DNA from: the human T2T-CHM13v2.0 reference genome, Homo sapiens | DNA: 64,000 bases | Direction: 5' to 3' (one strand) | Assembly: GCF_009914755.1 (NCBI RefSeq) | Contig: NC_060937.1 | Shown: piece by piece, positions 35,765-52,154 of the stretch | Layout of the letters: each line of letters begins with the position of its first letter | How positions within the stretch are numbered: the stretch's first letter is position 1 | Program-made: the position numbers and the translations under genes | Notes under the pieces: generated by a model | What the model was told of the DNA's origin: nothing | The model's database searches: none | The model's input: the letters and a program-made list of their open reading frames with translations, nothing else

Positions 35765-36015
35765 AGTATTTTAATTTCTTATAAGAGTATGCTTATACTC
35801 TACTTTAAGTATTTTTAGGTCTCTTTGCAGTAGCAGATTAACTTTCCCTAACTCATACATCCATCTTACAGATAAGGAAATGAAGCTTGGAGGGGTCATA
35901 CAACTTTCCAAAGCTTATCCAGCCAGAAGGCAAACCTCCAGGTAATTCAACTCCAGGTAAGTCAACATTGTGGCCCCCTGAAGTTGGCAAAAACTGCAAT
36001 TACTTTTGGACCACC

Positions 36016-36226
36016 CTAACAGTTTTACTCTCCTTTTTTATTTTAGTTTCTTTTCTCAAAATTTCAAATCTTTCCATTAACTTTCCTGTTAGTTTTACTG
36101 TTCATCAAAGGCAACTTATAAAGTTTATGCTCCAAAAGATGAAGTGTCAATAATAAAATAGAAAACATTATGCCATTTAAGTGACCTCTTTCTGATTCAA
36201 GTGTTACTTATCATAGGGCGAACTTT
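36016..36226 (+). repeat. ~210-bp direct repeat, copy 2, preceded by a half MADE1 (35986-36019)
   Basis: See copy 1; TGGCAAAAACTGCAATTACTTTTGGACCACCCTAA is a MADE1 right arm. Confidence 0.9.
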
Positions 36227-36334
36227 GGAGAAAGCCACAGTTCAGTTTCTATGCACTGAAAAGTGTGATCTCAGTGACGGTAAGCACTGCTAGCCAGCAC
36301 AGTGGTGATAGACTAGGAGAGTAATTTAAGTTGG

Positions 36335-36749
36335 TGATATGGTTTGGCCATTTGTCCTGCCCAAATCTCATGTTGAAAGATAATCAACATGTTAGAGGTG
36401 GGCCCTGGTGGAGGTTGTGGGAGTGGATTTCTCATGACTGGTTTAGTGCCATCTCCTTGGTTCTGTCCTCACAATAGCGAATGATTTCTCACAAGATCCG
36501 GTTGTTTAAAAGTGTGGCACCTTCCCCATCTCCCTCTCTTGCTCCATCCTGCCATGTGACACACTGGCTCCCCTTCACCTGCCACCATGATTGAAACGTC
36601 CCCAAGGCCCTCACCAGAAGTAGATGCTGGCATCATGCTTCCTGTACAGCCTGCAGAACTGTGAGCCAATTAGACCTCTTTTCCTTGTAAACTACCCAGC
36701 TTCAGAAATTACCTCTTTCTTTATAGCAGTGCAAGAACTGTCTAATACA
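36335..36749 (+). mobile_element. MSTB-like LTR
   Basis: TGATATGGTTTGG...CTAATACA. Confidence 0.9.
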
Positions 36750-39254
36750 GGTAGACATCAAGAAGAAATTTTATCCTATACAGTCAGATAAAAAGAATAT
36801 GGATAAATATTCACATGAAATATTCTATGAATAATTTGAAGAGATTGACACGTGTTGCATTAGCTGCTGTGACACCTGGGAAGTAAGACTGTTTTGTAGT
36901 CATTGTAACACTTACTCTTTACTCCAACAATCATCCTGGGAGGTAGATAATTATAGCAATTTAAGACATGAGGAAACTGACAGATGAAGCAACTCTACAG
37001 GGTGTAGTAACTCCTGGACAACACCTCCAGGAGCTGCCTGGTCGTTAGGTAATTGGCGATCAAGTCAGCCTCTCTGAAAGAAATGACTACACGAGGTGGA
37101 ATGGTTCTCCATCAACAGGACTCCACCTGAACTAGAATTTTTGAAATCCAGTTCTCTTACTCAACCATGAACCCAGTGAAGAGTCTGTGCTCAGGCCATA
37201 AAGGAGTTAAACAAGAGCCAGGACATACAAGTAAAACAAATCTATATCCTCTTCAGAAGGTAACTCAAGTGTATTTCTTAAAGATAATTTTTCTAAATCT
37301 GGAGAGTGTAAGAAAAGTGAAAACAGTTAAGAAGCAGAGAAAAACACTGGTAATGGAAATTGGAGTGAATTAATTTATAAAGGCAGTTTTTGAGGATCCA
37401 CCCAGAAGGAACTGGACATGGGACACCATCTAATCTACAGGTGTCCAAAGTTCAGGGAGTCTATTTGACCACAACTGAATTTCTGCCCATTCTAGCCAGT
37501 GCCTAGTTTTCAAAGGTGATCTTAGCGGCTTATTGCTATCTATGGGCTAGGGATTGGATACATACAAAAGTTTCATTGATTTTACTTTACATTTAAAGGG
37601 AACTGGTGTTGTGCAACAGCTTTGTTTTCTTAGAACAATGAGTTTTGTTCATTAAAGAAGACATTTATATGCTGATCATGAACATTACTTCTGGTTGCTA
37701 ATGATGTTAATAATTAGGTACAAGTGTACCTTAGATGATCATGCATAGCTTCATTTTGTTATCTACATGTAAACATTCCAAGAACCCAACACACTGAAAA
37801 CTTGTCAGCAAGTACCCAGACCCTAATTATATACCTAGAGAATATGAGGATTGGTGGTCCCCATCCTTGTAGCACTGAGTAGTAGGTAGACACAGGGAAC
37901 AAAAGAGGATTCAACTACTAGAACCAAGGTGTTGATTGGGAATATGTCTCAGGATCAATACACTAGCTCAGTTCTCAGAATTGAGGATGAACTTGTTACT
38001 AAAGTGGGACTAGCAACAAGAGTGAATACTTGGCCAAGAACATTGACCTAGAGCACGTTAAATCCACCCGTTTAAAGTCAGAGTGGAACTTTCGGGCTAG
38101 GGCAGGGTTGAACCCATAACTAGAGGAATAATTGCCCAATTGGTAGAGAATAGGGATAAGGAGTTTAGAAACCCAAGCAGGGCTGGCCAACTTAGGGCTT
38201 ACCCCCATCCACTGTGGGAAGAAAACTGAACTCTAGAGATTTGGCCTCTAAGTTCAATTCACACTAAAAAATTGATCTTTCTTTGCAAACAGGTATGCTC
38301 GACTAGTTTTTTGTTTTGGGCTAGGTCACCAAGGTAAATCAAGGTATCACTTAAGTCCATTTCCACCCCTCTCTCTGGCAGCCAAAACATCCTTCGAGCA
38401 GCAGTCTCTTGGACATTTATTAAAATTGCAAACAACTGTCAATGAAAAGGTTTAACACCTTCATTTACATTAATTTATCAATTTATAAGCAGTGCACATG
38501 TTCAATTCTACTAAAGTATCATGTATATTAAAAACAGAAACAAAAATATAAACTCAAAAAGATGAAATAAGGAATACACAGAAATTCTGATACAATGTGC
38601 TTTGTACCGCAGTAGACTGTCTGTGGCCCCTTTGGGGTGAGCACATTCCATTTCGAAGATATCTTCTTTAGAATATTAATGGAGAATCACATGGTCTGAA
38701 TGGCATGACTGTGTTTTCAAACTACATACAGTAGGTCTGGAAACGTAATTTTTATGTTTCCTATTCATTAATTTGACAGTGTAGGCCCTACAGAGGTCTA
38801 TCTTGGGTATTCTGATTTATTCTGATTAATGGCAGATAGCACCGGCCTCAGATGGTAATGTTGTTCTGTCCTGATCGTCGTATCAAAGCTAGAGTGCACT
38901 GATTTATTTTCCGCGTGAAGAATATTAGGCTCCAGCTGCTGAGGTCAAAGGCCAAATGAAACTTCACTAGATGCTGAATCCAAGAATTCTCCTAGCACCT
39001 GGGTCTCAGGTTCAGGGCCAGAATCTATCTGTTCCCTGGAGGTCTGAGGCCCTGGGATCAGAAGACACAAAACTGCCGTGAAAGCAGTCCTAGAGGTGCC
39101 ACACAGGATGGCAATACAGTGGCTGTCACCACATCCCAGATTCCTAAATAGTAAGCCTGAGCCTTGAACCCCAGCAGAGTCCCTGCTGAACACCCAGACT
39201 TGCTGAGAAGTTCATGAAGACATTTTGATAGCCACTTCTCTGTAGATTCTTTAA

Positions 39255-40650
39255 AAAAAAAGTGTTACTGATCTATAATTTACACTTCATAAAATTCACC
39301 CATGTAAACCAGCTCAGTGTTTGTTAGTACATTCAAGATACGTGCAACCATCACCACAATCAATTTTAAAACATTTTCATCACTGCAAAAAGAAATCCAC
39401 TAGCAGTCCCTACCCAGTTACCCCCAACACACTTCTCTCTCCTCTTCCCCTCAGCCCTAAGCAACCACTGATCTACTTTCTGTCTCTATAGATTTGCCTA
39501 TTATGATCATTGGATATAAATGGAATCATATAATACGTCGTGTTTTGTAATTGGCTTCTTTTACTTAGCATAATATTTTTAGGGTTCATTCATGTTGTGG
39601 TATGTACCAGTACATAATTTCTTTTTATTGCCAGATAATATTGTATCATGTGGATATACCACATTTTATTCATCTATTCTTCAGTTGATGGACATTTGGG
39701 TTGTTCCTACTTTTTAGCTATTATTAATAATGCTGCTATGAACATTCATGTATAATTTTCTGCATGGACACATGTTTTCATTTCTGTTGGGTATATACCT
39801 AGGAGAAGAATTATAGGAGCATACGGTAACTCTATGTTTAGCCTTTTGAGGAACTGCCAGCCTGTTTCCCAAAGTGACTGCACCATTGTCTATTCCCACC
39901 AGCAGTGTAGGAGGGTTCTGATTTCTCCACATCCTTGCTGACATCTATTAGTTTCTTTTTGATTAGATTATTCCAGTGGGTGTGCAGTGGGATCTCATTG
40001 TTAATTTGATTTATATTTTCCTGATGATTAATAATCATCTTTTGCACATCTTTTTGTGTGTGTATTGGCCATTTGTACGTCTTCTTTGGGGGATGTCTTT
40101 TCAAATCTTTCGCCCATTTTAAGTAGGATACTTTGGCTTTTTATTATCGAGTTGTAAGAGTTCTTTATAGATTCTAAATATGTGTTTCTTATAAGATATG
40201 TGATTTTCAAAAATGTTCTCCTATTTTATAAGTTGTCTTTTCACTTTCTTGATGGTGTCCTTTGAAGCACAAAAGTTTTTAATTTTGTTGGTGTCCAGTT
40301 TATCTGTTTTTATTCTGATGCTTGTGCTTTTGGTTTTATATTTAAGAAACAGTCACCTAATTCAAAACCACAATGTTTTATGCCTAGGCTTTCTTCTAAG
40401 AGATTTATAATTTTAGCTCTTACATTCAGGTTTCTGATCAATTTTGAGTTAATTTTTCTCTATGGTGTGAGGTAGGTGTGCAGCTTCATTATTTTGTGTG
40501 TGGATATTCACTTAGCTCAGAACCATTTGTTGGAAAGACTATTCTTTGCCCTATTTTATTGTCTTAGCATCTTTGTTGAAAATCAATTGACTGTAAATGT
40601 GAGAATTTATTTCTGGACTCTCCATTCGATTCCATTGGTCTATATGTCTA
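39255..40650 (-). mobile_element. L1MB 3' portion
   Basis: GCAACCACTGATCTACTTTCTGTCTCTATAGATTTGCC, GATGGACATTTGGGTTG motifs. Confidence 0.88.
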
Positions 40651-41748
40651 TCGTTTTACTTCACAGATTTGTATAGGGTCTTCTACTGCTCACTCATAAA
40701 AATTAATTAATTGCTTAAGGTTTTACAAAGGACACTAATGCTTCTAATTGAAGCTTAGGAAGAAATTAACAATCAAGACTTCAGAGGGCAGAAAGCAAGA
40801 CAGCCTCAAGGAGCTCAGCAGCATCTCTCTAAAGCTCTGCTATTACCGAACTAGCTCAAAGGATCTTCAGTCTTTGTGACTCTTCCAAGTTTCAAATTTT
40901 CAAGTAAAGGAATCTGGTTTACTTTGATGAGAAGAATTCCCCTAAAACAATCCATTGTGGCTGAGAACAGGGTTACACAGCACAGACATTGTTATTAGGG
41001 ACCCGTCCCTTCGTTGGAAGTTACGCAAAGACAATACATCCAACTCCGGGGCCATGGAAGTACCCGCTTAACATTTCTCCCCGTCTCTAGTCTCTCCATA
41101 CCTCACCCCCATTCACAAAAGTACATCTGCACAGAAGTATATTGGTGCACTTCTCGTCCACACCCAAAAAGAACAGACCTTGTACTGGATGGGGCCAAAC
41201 CTGCACATCCTGAAAGTAAGCCCCATTTTATAAACTGGATTATTCTATCTTTTGTTTATTTCTGTAGAATGAGAGTTTAGTAATATCTTGTTGAATGTTC
41301 TTTTGATTCAGTTAATCATTGAATTATAATCTTGTTTAATGTCCTTGTCAGAGCTTAGAGAATCACTGAGTCATTGGAAGAGCCCTCCCTCCAGCTTGGT
41401 CTAGAGATCTCTGAGATTTGCCTAAAATATTGGTATTGACCACTGGGGACTCACTCAAAAGGGAAGGTGAACCTCAGATATTAAGATCCTATGGGGATTT
41501 TCTTCTCTTAATAATAGAAGTTCTGGATGTGTTCTTGAAAATGAGGCAATACTTACCTGCTTAACATCCACTTAGTGGCTTATGACTACCTCTAAGATAA
41601 CATCTAAACTTCTTGGCTTGACCCACAAGACAATTACAATCTGGTCCCAGTCCTCCTATTCCTTCCCTTTCATACACTCATACACCCCTTACCCTAACCA
41701 TACACCATACACACTTACCTTATCTTTTTTTTTTTTAATAATTTTTTT

Positions 41749-42520
41749 TTTTAAATTTATTTTTTTATTGATAATTCTTGGGTGTTTCTCACAGAGGGGG
41801 ATTTGGCAGGGTCATGGGACAATAGTGGAGGGAAGGTCAGCAGATAAACAAGTGAACAAAGGTCTCTGGTTTTCCTAGGCAGAGGACCCTGCGGCCTTCC
41901 GCAGTGTTTGTGTCCCTGATTACTTGAGATTAGGGATTGGTGATGACTCTTAACGAGCATGCTGCCTTCAAGCATCTGTTTAAAAAGCACATCTTGCACC
42001 GCCCTTAATCCATTTAACCCTGAGTGGACACAGCACATGTTTCAGAGAGCACAGGGTTGGGGGTAAGGTCACAGATCAACAGGATCCCAAGGCAGAGGAA
42101 TTTTTCTTAGTGCAGAACAAAATGAAAAGTCTCCCATGTCTACTTCCTTCCACACAGACACGGCAACCATCCGATCTCTCAATCTTTTCCCCACCTTTCC
42201 CGCCTTTCTATTCCACAAAGCCGCCATTGTCATCCTGGCCCGTTCTCAATGAGCTGTTGGGCACACCTCCCAGACGGGGTGGTGGCCGGGCAGAGGGGCT
42301 CCTCACTTCCCAGTAGGGGCGGCCGGGCAGAGGCACCCCTCACCTCCCGGACGGGGCGGCTGGCCGGGCGGGGGGGCTGACCCCCCCCCACCTCCCTCCC
42401 GGACGGGGCGGCTGGCCGGGCGGGGGGCCGACCCCCCCACCTCCCTCCCGGACGGGGCGGCTGGCCGGGCAGAGGGGCTCCTCACTTCCCAGTAGGGGCG
42501 GCCGGGCAGAGGCGCCCCTC
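41749..42520 (-). mobile_element. 5'-truncated SVA (SVA_F-like): SINE-R plus partial VNTR
   Basis: SINE-R sequence and GC-rich VNTR units (42270-42520). TSD TTTTTAATAATTTTTTT at 41732-41748 and 42521-42537. Confidence 0.95.
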
Positions 42521-42537
42521 TTTTTAATAATTTTTTT

Positions 42538-42646
42538 AGCAGAGACAGGGTTTCATCATGTTGCCGAGGCTGGTCTCAAACTCCTGGGCTCGAGCAATCC
42601 ACCCGCCTCAACCTCCCAAAGTGCTAGGATTACAGACGTGAGCCAA
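42538..42646 (-). mobile_element. Alu left monomer (FLAM-like) whose A-tail hosts the SVA
   Basis: Alu left-arm sequence. Outer TSD ACACACTT(A/G)CCTTA at 41709-41722 and 42650-42663. Confidence 0.85.
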
Positions 42647-44810
42647 GCCACACACTTGCCTTAAACCCGTGCTTTTCTCGCTCTGTTCCCCTTGACTCTT
42701 TCCCTTCCCATGCCAACTCCCACAGTCCTGCTCATTCTTTCACTCCCTGCTTCACTGTCACCTCCACTGTGAAGCTTTACTACTCACATCATCTCCTCAC
42801 GAAAGTACAACTTCTCTAATTCATGCCCCCATGGCCCTTTCCATGTAATTCTATTACATCACTCATCATATTGTTACCATCACTATGTATCTGTCTCCTG
42901 CCAAGAAACTATATTTCCCAAGGGTGAGAATCTCTCCACACCAAGCATAATATGTGTTTATCACAGATGTCCAAGGATGTTATTGAAAGAAACATGGAAG
43001 GAAATTGCACTAATTTTTGCTGTTATAGGAAAATCCACCAGTTATCTCTAGCAATCAAATGTAACAGGCAATGTTTGCCTCTAATTTGACCAATTCCAAA
43101 GATTTTCCCTGAAGTCTTCTCCCAAACCAAGGTCATATTCCAACAACAAATTACTCTGATAAATTCAAGATACATGACTTTCACCTGGAAGTCTGGCACT
43201 TGAGGGTAGAAGATTGCTAACTGAGTGAACCTGTGGTCCAGATTAGTCTTTTTACTACTGAATTTCGTTGAAAAAAATTACCAGCTTTACTTTGTGCTAC
43301 ACACAGTCTTCTAAGGCAGGCTAAAGAGTAAAACTAAAGGACTCTGCTCGCTTCTGCAGCACGTAGAGAAAATATTTTGTACCAGCCTAATACTGCAGGC
43401 CTGATGGTCAAATTTTCCCTTTATCAAAAAGAAGAGAAAAATGAACATTGATATTATTTGAGAAAAAAGTAGAGAACCCACAAGCCATTTGCCCAGTTAG
43501 TGACATTTCATTTATCAGCACAAAATGTCACATAAATCCTAAATCTGGTTTAGTGTAAGGAATTGTTATTCGTCACGCACAGGGTAGCATTTGGAATTCA
43601 TTTATCTGAGTTCTGTTGCCTTGTTTTCAGAATGCCTAAGGTTGGAGTCTCCGATTTCATTCTCCAAAGCAATGAAGAGACCTCACAGGTTGAAATCTGA
43701 ATCCATGGGATTCTATACAATAGCTGAGGTTTGGTCCCCAGAGAAAAGTGAGTAAGAATACAGGAAAAAAAAAAAAACCCAAAACTAAACAAATCTAAAA
43801 AAAAAACACACACACACACACACAAAATAAAACAAAACAAAAACAGAGAGCAACCTATTAATCCTGGAAGAAAACACATAACATCATTTTCATTATTAGG
43901 ATTTCCTTTGTATTTACCCTCAATAGAGTCAGCCAACATGTTTCCGTTCCCATTTAATTCCCAAGTGGCACTTTTGGTGTCCAGGAAAAGTGCCAAGCTG
44001 AGTTGTTCAGAAGATCTAATTACTCCTAATAGAAATACTACACAAGAGACTGCTTTGGTTCTTGCTCTGACATCTCTTGTTCTCTTATTTCCTATAAAGA
44101 TTCATGTGAAAAACCAAAGTTGTATGTGCTGTGCCCAGGAATGTCAAGGAATGGGAAGCTGGGGCAATCACATCCCAGTCTCATCCTGGCAGGAGAGAGG
44201 ATCCTCAAGAGGCGGTGCAGGGGGAGGAAGCGCCCTAGCATAATAAGAGCTTTGAGTGCCTGGGACCTGCTCCAAGGGGGGTAAACAAGGTGCAGAGGTG
44301 ACCTGAGATTTCTCAAACTTGCAGATCATTAGGAGGGCATTTCCTTTATTATATGCTTGAATTTAGAGGAACAAGCCACTCACTCTCCCACTCCACCACT
44401 GCAGCTCCGGATCAATCATATATTTCCTGGTTAGTTCCTCATTTTTATTAATTTTCTAAGCTTCAGGTTCATACATCTAAATGCCCACTAAATGTCTAGT
44501 TCAGTATGTCATCTTCCCAAACTTGCTTCTTCTCCTTTCATCTTTCTTATCTCATTTATGTTATCAGCATCACCGCCAACACCAACCACACAGGCTAAAG
44601 ATTCAGAAAATATCTTATCTCCACACTTTCCTTCAAGCCCAACTCCTACCCTAGTATCATGTCACCCATTACTAAATTCTGGCAATTTCACTTTTTAAAT
44701 ATTTCTTGATTCTTCCCACCACTTTTCTCTTTTTCCATTGCTGGTTTATCATTTCTTGCTGTATAGTACTGCTTGGTGCATAATAGACACTTAAATAATG
44801 TTTGGTTTGG

Positions 44811-45153
<343 letters not shown>

Positions 45154-45458
45154 TTATACTATAGAGAGAATGACTTTTTTAGATTTTTTTTTTTAAGAGT
45201 TAGGCTAAAGAAGGAAAACTGAACAGGATTACTTGAGATATCTGAAAGGAAAGAGTGTTAAAAGGGTACACAACCCCAATTTTTTCTGCTTTCCTCAGCC
45301 TGGAGTACACAAAGCAATCATTGGGCTACTTCACAAAATGCCCCACTCTCCTGTTGAAATAGCCCTTTCAGAGCTAGGATCCTCCTGTGGAGTAATATTC
45401 AATGATCTCAGTAATCTGTGGGTTTCATGAGTACTTCTTAAATAATAACGTGCCTCTT

Positions 45459-45910
<452 letters not shown>

Positions 45911-47609
45911 TTAGATAATATCTTTCAGGGTAAAATTTCTTTGCCACAAACTATAGGACTGTCAATATTAAAACATTAAAAGTGGCCCAAGGCTCTACAA
46001 GTCTCCAGGTTATACAGTTACAACTTCATGGCATCAAGAACTTTGACCCAAAAAGGCAAGGGCTCATTGGAACTAAAAATCCCTTAGCCAAGGCCTCTGC
46101 AGGCTGCAGAGAGCACGCCTCTCTCGAGACTTAGAGATTTGAAGGACAGAACTGTTTCCACAGGCAGGCTTAAGAGACCCAAAGCGGGTCTAGAAACATA
46201 TAGAGACAAGCACAGCAGGAAGTCATTTCCACATCTGGGTCTGAAGGGCTGGGAACCTGGTGAAACCTGGAGCCATCAAGGGGGACCACACAACAGGTGC
46301 TGAAGCCACATTAGAGGAAATCCTTGGACCCTGCCAGACCATGGTGCCAAAGCAAGGAAGCAGGTGGTAGGTGAGAAGTACCCTGACCTCATTCTCCCCT
46401 CGATGAAGAATAAGGTTGGCCAAATTTACCTGCAAGGGAGTCCCATGATGTAATATATGTGGGGTTCTTGGGGAACAGAGCAGGGCAGGAACAGGGTGTG
46501 AAGTGAATCGGGTTGGTTAGTGGAGGATAAGTAGTGCCTAAGCTGTAAAATAAGAGGTTCATACTGGCTTGACAGTTCTCATCCTCTTTATAGAAATGCA
46601 TGAATATTTTAAAACATGTCATCCCTAAGTACAAAATGGGGAAAAGGCAATCCTTTGGCATGGTCTGTTGGACACATTGACCACCGAGGCACGGACAGGC
46701 CAAATAGAGAGTGAATCATAGATGTGGAAGCCACCACAGTCTAGTCTCCTTCCCTGTGTATTTGATCTTCAGACACCACACAGAGAATCTGACCCCAAAC
46801 TCCCACTTTACCCAACATGTCCATTCTTTAAAGGATTCTAGGCAAATATGTATTGGTTCAGATACTATTCGAAATAGGGCTGTTGGCCTTTCCAAAGTAA
46901 ATTCCTGCATTCTATTCCAAGAACCATCATCATGTCAAAGAAAATATAAATAGGATAGGAAGGTTTCCATACACAAAGTCCTACTCCAGATCCATTGAAA
47001 GCTCAGTGAAAGAAGCCAGTACAAAATGATTATGGGAAAATGTACAGAGCATTTGAGTCAGAATTTGAGTCTTCCAGTTCATCCTCAACAAAACCATAGA
47101 ATGCAAACTGCTGAGGCTTACTACATCTAGCTTAGGAGGATAAAGGACTTCTCTGACCTCATCGCCTTAGGAAAGCTCAATAGGTCACATTTCCGGCTGG
47201 GGCCAGCAAGCACCCCTTTGGCTTTTCCTTCCTATGCACAAAATTTCAGAAGTCACAGTGTAGCTGAATTTCCTTTGGTAACAGAAAAACAGTCATTATT
47301 GTTGAATGCAAGGAACTGATCTGACCTACAGTCAATAATTTTTTCCTGCAAATGACAAAGCCTGTTTCCTCCAGCTGACAATGAAACCTTGAAAATGCAC
47401 AGGACATGTATTTTCCAAAGCAAATAATCCATGGCAAAGGTGCAATTCTGTACCTTAATCAATCAAAAGCTAAGATTGAACAGAAGAGTCTATTGTGGTA
47501 AAATACACATAACTTAAAATTTACCATTCTTACCATTTTAAAATCTACAATACAGTAGCATGAAGTGCACTGAGTCATATTTATTTTTAAAATAAATAGC
47601 TATAAATGA

Positions 47610-47984
<375 letters not shown>

Positions 47985-48076
47985 GAGAAGGGCTGTTTTT
48001 ATATCAGAGGAAAATGGAAAAGTATGATACTCACACAGAGATAATGTCATAAGCTTTAGGCAAGAAAGTAAATCCT

Positions 48077-48413
<337 letters not shown>

Positions 48414-48639
48414 TCAGGGAGCTAAGCAAGGATATTACAGGGCTAGTTATGAGTTTCCAGGCTTTAGGACAGTCCTGTAAACATTTGCTGGATCAACTGC
48501 TTTGCCCGACCAGTATGCCTGTTCTGGTCTCATGCCATTTGCAAGATTCACTGACAGCAAGTGCATTTTCCTAAGTGTGAAGAAGAGACATACCTTCCAT
48601 GCCACACAAAAGAGTGTGGTTTAGGGGAAAACCATACTA

Positions 48640-48858
48640 TCTTCTGTTAAGAGTTTGGACTTTAGTGTCAGAAAGACCTGAGTTTGAGCACAGCTCTGTT
48701 CCTTCTGGTCTGGTTGCAAGTTACTTAAGTTCTCTGCATCTCAGTTTTCTCATAACATCTCAGTTTTCTCATAACATCTCAGTTTTCTCATCTATAAAAT
48801 GAGAGTTAATGTAAGTATCTACTTCATAAGGAGGTTATAAGGATTAAATGAGAGAATT
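48640..48858 (+). mobile_element. MIR containing a 19-bp triplication
   Basis: GCAAGTTACTTAA..CTCTG..CTCAGTTTTCTCATCTATAAAATG core. Confidence 0.8.
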
Positions 48859-50888
48859 AGTCAGGATAAGATAGGCTCTGCTGCATTAACAAGTGAACCC
48901 CAAAATTTCAGCGGCTTAATCTGACAAAAATTTACTTCTTGCTTACATCACAGTTGAGGGTGGGAGGAAAAGGTGGCTCTCCTCCAAAAGTGATCAAGGA
49001 CCTGGGCCTCTTCCAAATGGCAATCTAACATCTAAGAGGCTTTTACTTCCTGACGAATGGAGGAGCCACACTGGCTTTTTACTACTTTGGCCTCAAAGTG
49101 ACTATGTCATTTCTGGTTATAGTCCATCAGAAATAATCACATGCATCAGTCAGTTTACAGAAAAAAAAAAAAAAACAACAAAAAAAAACAGATGGCACAC
49201 TCTAAAGGGCCATCTGTTTGATGGATTATTTACAAAAGTGTGAGCAGGGTTAAGGGAAGTCACACAGGGTTGTAAGCTACCCCGGGGCTACTAATAGCCT
49301 AATACAGGTCCTGAATTTTCAGTACCTGAAGCTCAGGCTGGGGATGAATAAACTAGCCTCTTTTGCCTCCTGTCCTTCTAACTGTTGCCTCCCAGTAGTC
49401 ATGCTCAACTATGAACCAGTCAGTGGCGCTCAAATGATGTCATCTATGAAAGGTCAGCTTGTGCCAGACCAGGAGGAAAAGTCAATCTGGAAAAGCAAAT
49501 GGAGCATGCCTAGCAGAGCATGCAAAAGGCTTAGCAATGTGCTCAGCACATAGTTGGTGCTCAAAAAATGAATGTGAAGCCAAGAATATATGAAGAAAAA
49601 TATTTAAAAGTTATTTGTTTTTATTGAAGTTTTCAGTTAACTTTACCTCTGACAAAGAGAAATTTACATTTGCTAGTGAGAATTTTTCTCTCTCCAGTTC
49701 AATAAGGGTTCAGTGTCCAAAGCTGGGTTGCACTTCCCCTTGGCTCAGTGTCCAAAGCTGAGCTGTCTTTCCTTTCTCCTAAAAGATGAGTTTAATAGGA
49801 AGAATGGTGTTTTGTTTTATTTTTTTCAAAGTGAGAAACATTGATAGCTCTGCCCCAAATAATTTTATCTGTCTGCCAGCAATTACAACTTCAGTTAGGA
49901 CTAATGGCACAGTTACATTGATAACTGCTGTTACTGTTTTCATTCTTTAACTTGCCAACAAGATCCTCTGGTCCCTTATCTTGTACTGGGGCCAACCCAA
50001 CAAGAGCAGGAGAAGTTGAAATCTTGACACTTCAAAGCCCAGGGCATTGTGAACAAGCTCACTAGTTGTTTGTGTTGGGCTTTGCTAAATAATAGGCTGG
50101 ATTCAGTGCCAGTAAAAAGACACAGCTTTGGAGGATAGTTTTTGGGGTTACAGTCATATATAGTTTTTCATTTTGCACACAAGTGAAATGATCTTTTCCA
50201 AGGATCAAATTCATTTCTTGTTTATTTCCCGTAATTGTGTTTTTATGTGAGAAACTCATAGAAACTTTGAATTTGCAGGAAGTTTAGAAATCATTTTGTT
50301 AAACGACCTCATACACCATCAAACCCTTGGAGGCGTTGAGATTCCACCTCTGCTTGAACCCTTTCAATGACAGGAGGCTCACTCATCGTAATACCAGCAG
50401 CACCTTTGCATTTGCTGTGAGCCGCGTATGATACTTTGCTGGCATTATTTCCTTAACCCTCAACAGCCCTCTGAGGTAGCTGCTATTCTTAGTCCCCTTT
50501 ACAAATCCGGAAAGCAAAGCATAAAAAAGATCCACTTTTTATGCTCAAAGATCCACTGCTAAACTTCACTGAAGCTGGAGTTCAAACCCACCTCTGTTTT
50601 TCTCTAAACCTCAAGCTTTTCTCCACTAAGTTTTCCCAGTACCTTTCAAGACAACCCATTCTCACCAAGAACTCTCTGAAACATCCTTTCTGTAGTCTTC
50701 CCATAATTTTATTAGTTCATCATTTCAATTTTACATATCAAAAAGTGAGAATATAAGAACTATTAATGATAATTTACATTTGATATCATTTTGCCATTTA
50801 AAAAGTATGTCAATAATCTCATTCAAGCTTCTCAGCAGCTCTGAGAGATAATTATGACGCTCTATTTTACCTATTAGAATGCTGAGTT

Positions 50889-51243
<355 letters not shown>

Positions 51244-52154
51244 TCATGGTCATGTGCAACCTGGTGGTGGAGCCAGGAGCAGAGCTCAGGTCCTTTACAT
51301 CTTGGTCCCATGCTTTCTACTACACCATGCTGCTGACTCAGTGAATAATGAAAATGCAGCCAAGTGTGAGCTCCTGATGCAGCCTCCTCCCTCAAGTGCC
51401 TTTGTCTGAGGAGGTACCCCTCTGACCCTGATTTCCACACTACTTCCTGTCTTATTCCAGTGCACTGTGGTCTCATGAACTGGTGCATTTAGGAGGTTTG
51501 GTCTCCCTAATAAGTCTGTTCCATGCCTACTCCTCAGGCCTGCATCCCAGTGAGCAATTCTGTTTCCATCAATTTTACTGCCTGATCTTGGCTCAAACCA
51601 GTACTGGCCCTGTGTGGTCAACAGTGTTCTTGGGACTGGATCTTAGGGACAGTGAGCAGATTGGACAGAAGGCAATCTCAGGCCACAGTGGTACAATAGT
51701 GCTTCTATTTAGTCCACAAGATGCCAAACAGCTGCTTCCAAATATCCAGATGTTTGGCATCATGTAAAACAAAACTTTGATTCATTGGCCAAATATCCCT
51801 CTGTCATCTAATTGATGAACACATGCTTGCGTGTTTTGGCATCTTGTAGACACTATGTTTGCTTATAAGTGAATGGATTTAATATTTCGGCTTCTAGAAA
51901 GTATCCCACAACAAAAGTTCCCACACTACTTTCCAGTGCATAAATATTCTTTCCAGGTTGTCTGCAAATATGACAAAGTGAAAAAGTCCCCACATTTTGC
52001 AAACTCTTTAATCAGCTAAACACATCTGCATCAAAGGCTATCATGATCTTCTGTTGGGTTATGAGAGAAAAAAGAAAATCTTGGTTTTTCTCTTGTGTAA
52101 TTGAAGCCAAAGCAATGTGAGCAAGATGTATCTTAACTTCCTTTACACTCTGTT

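Noticed and set aside
42270-42520. CpG-island promoter or CRISPR-like array
   Set aside because: It is the SVA VNTR, with no unique spacers, in eukaryotic DNA.
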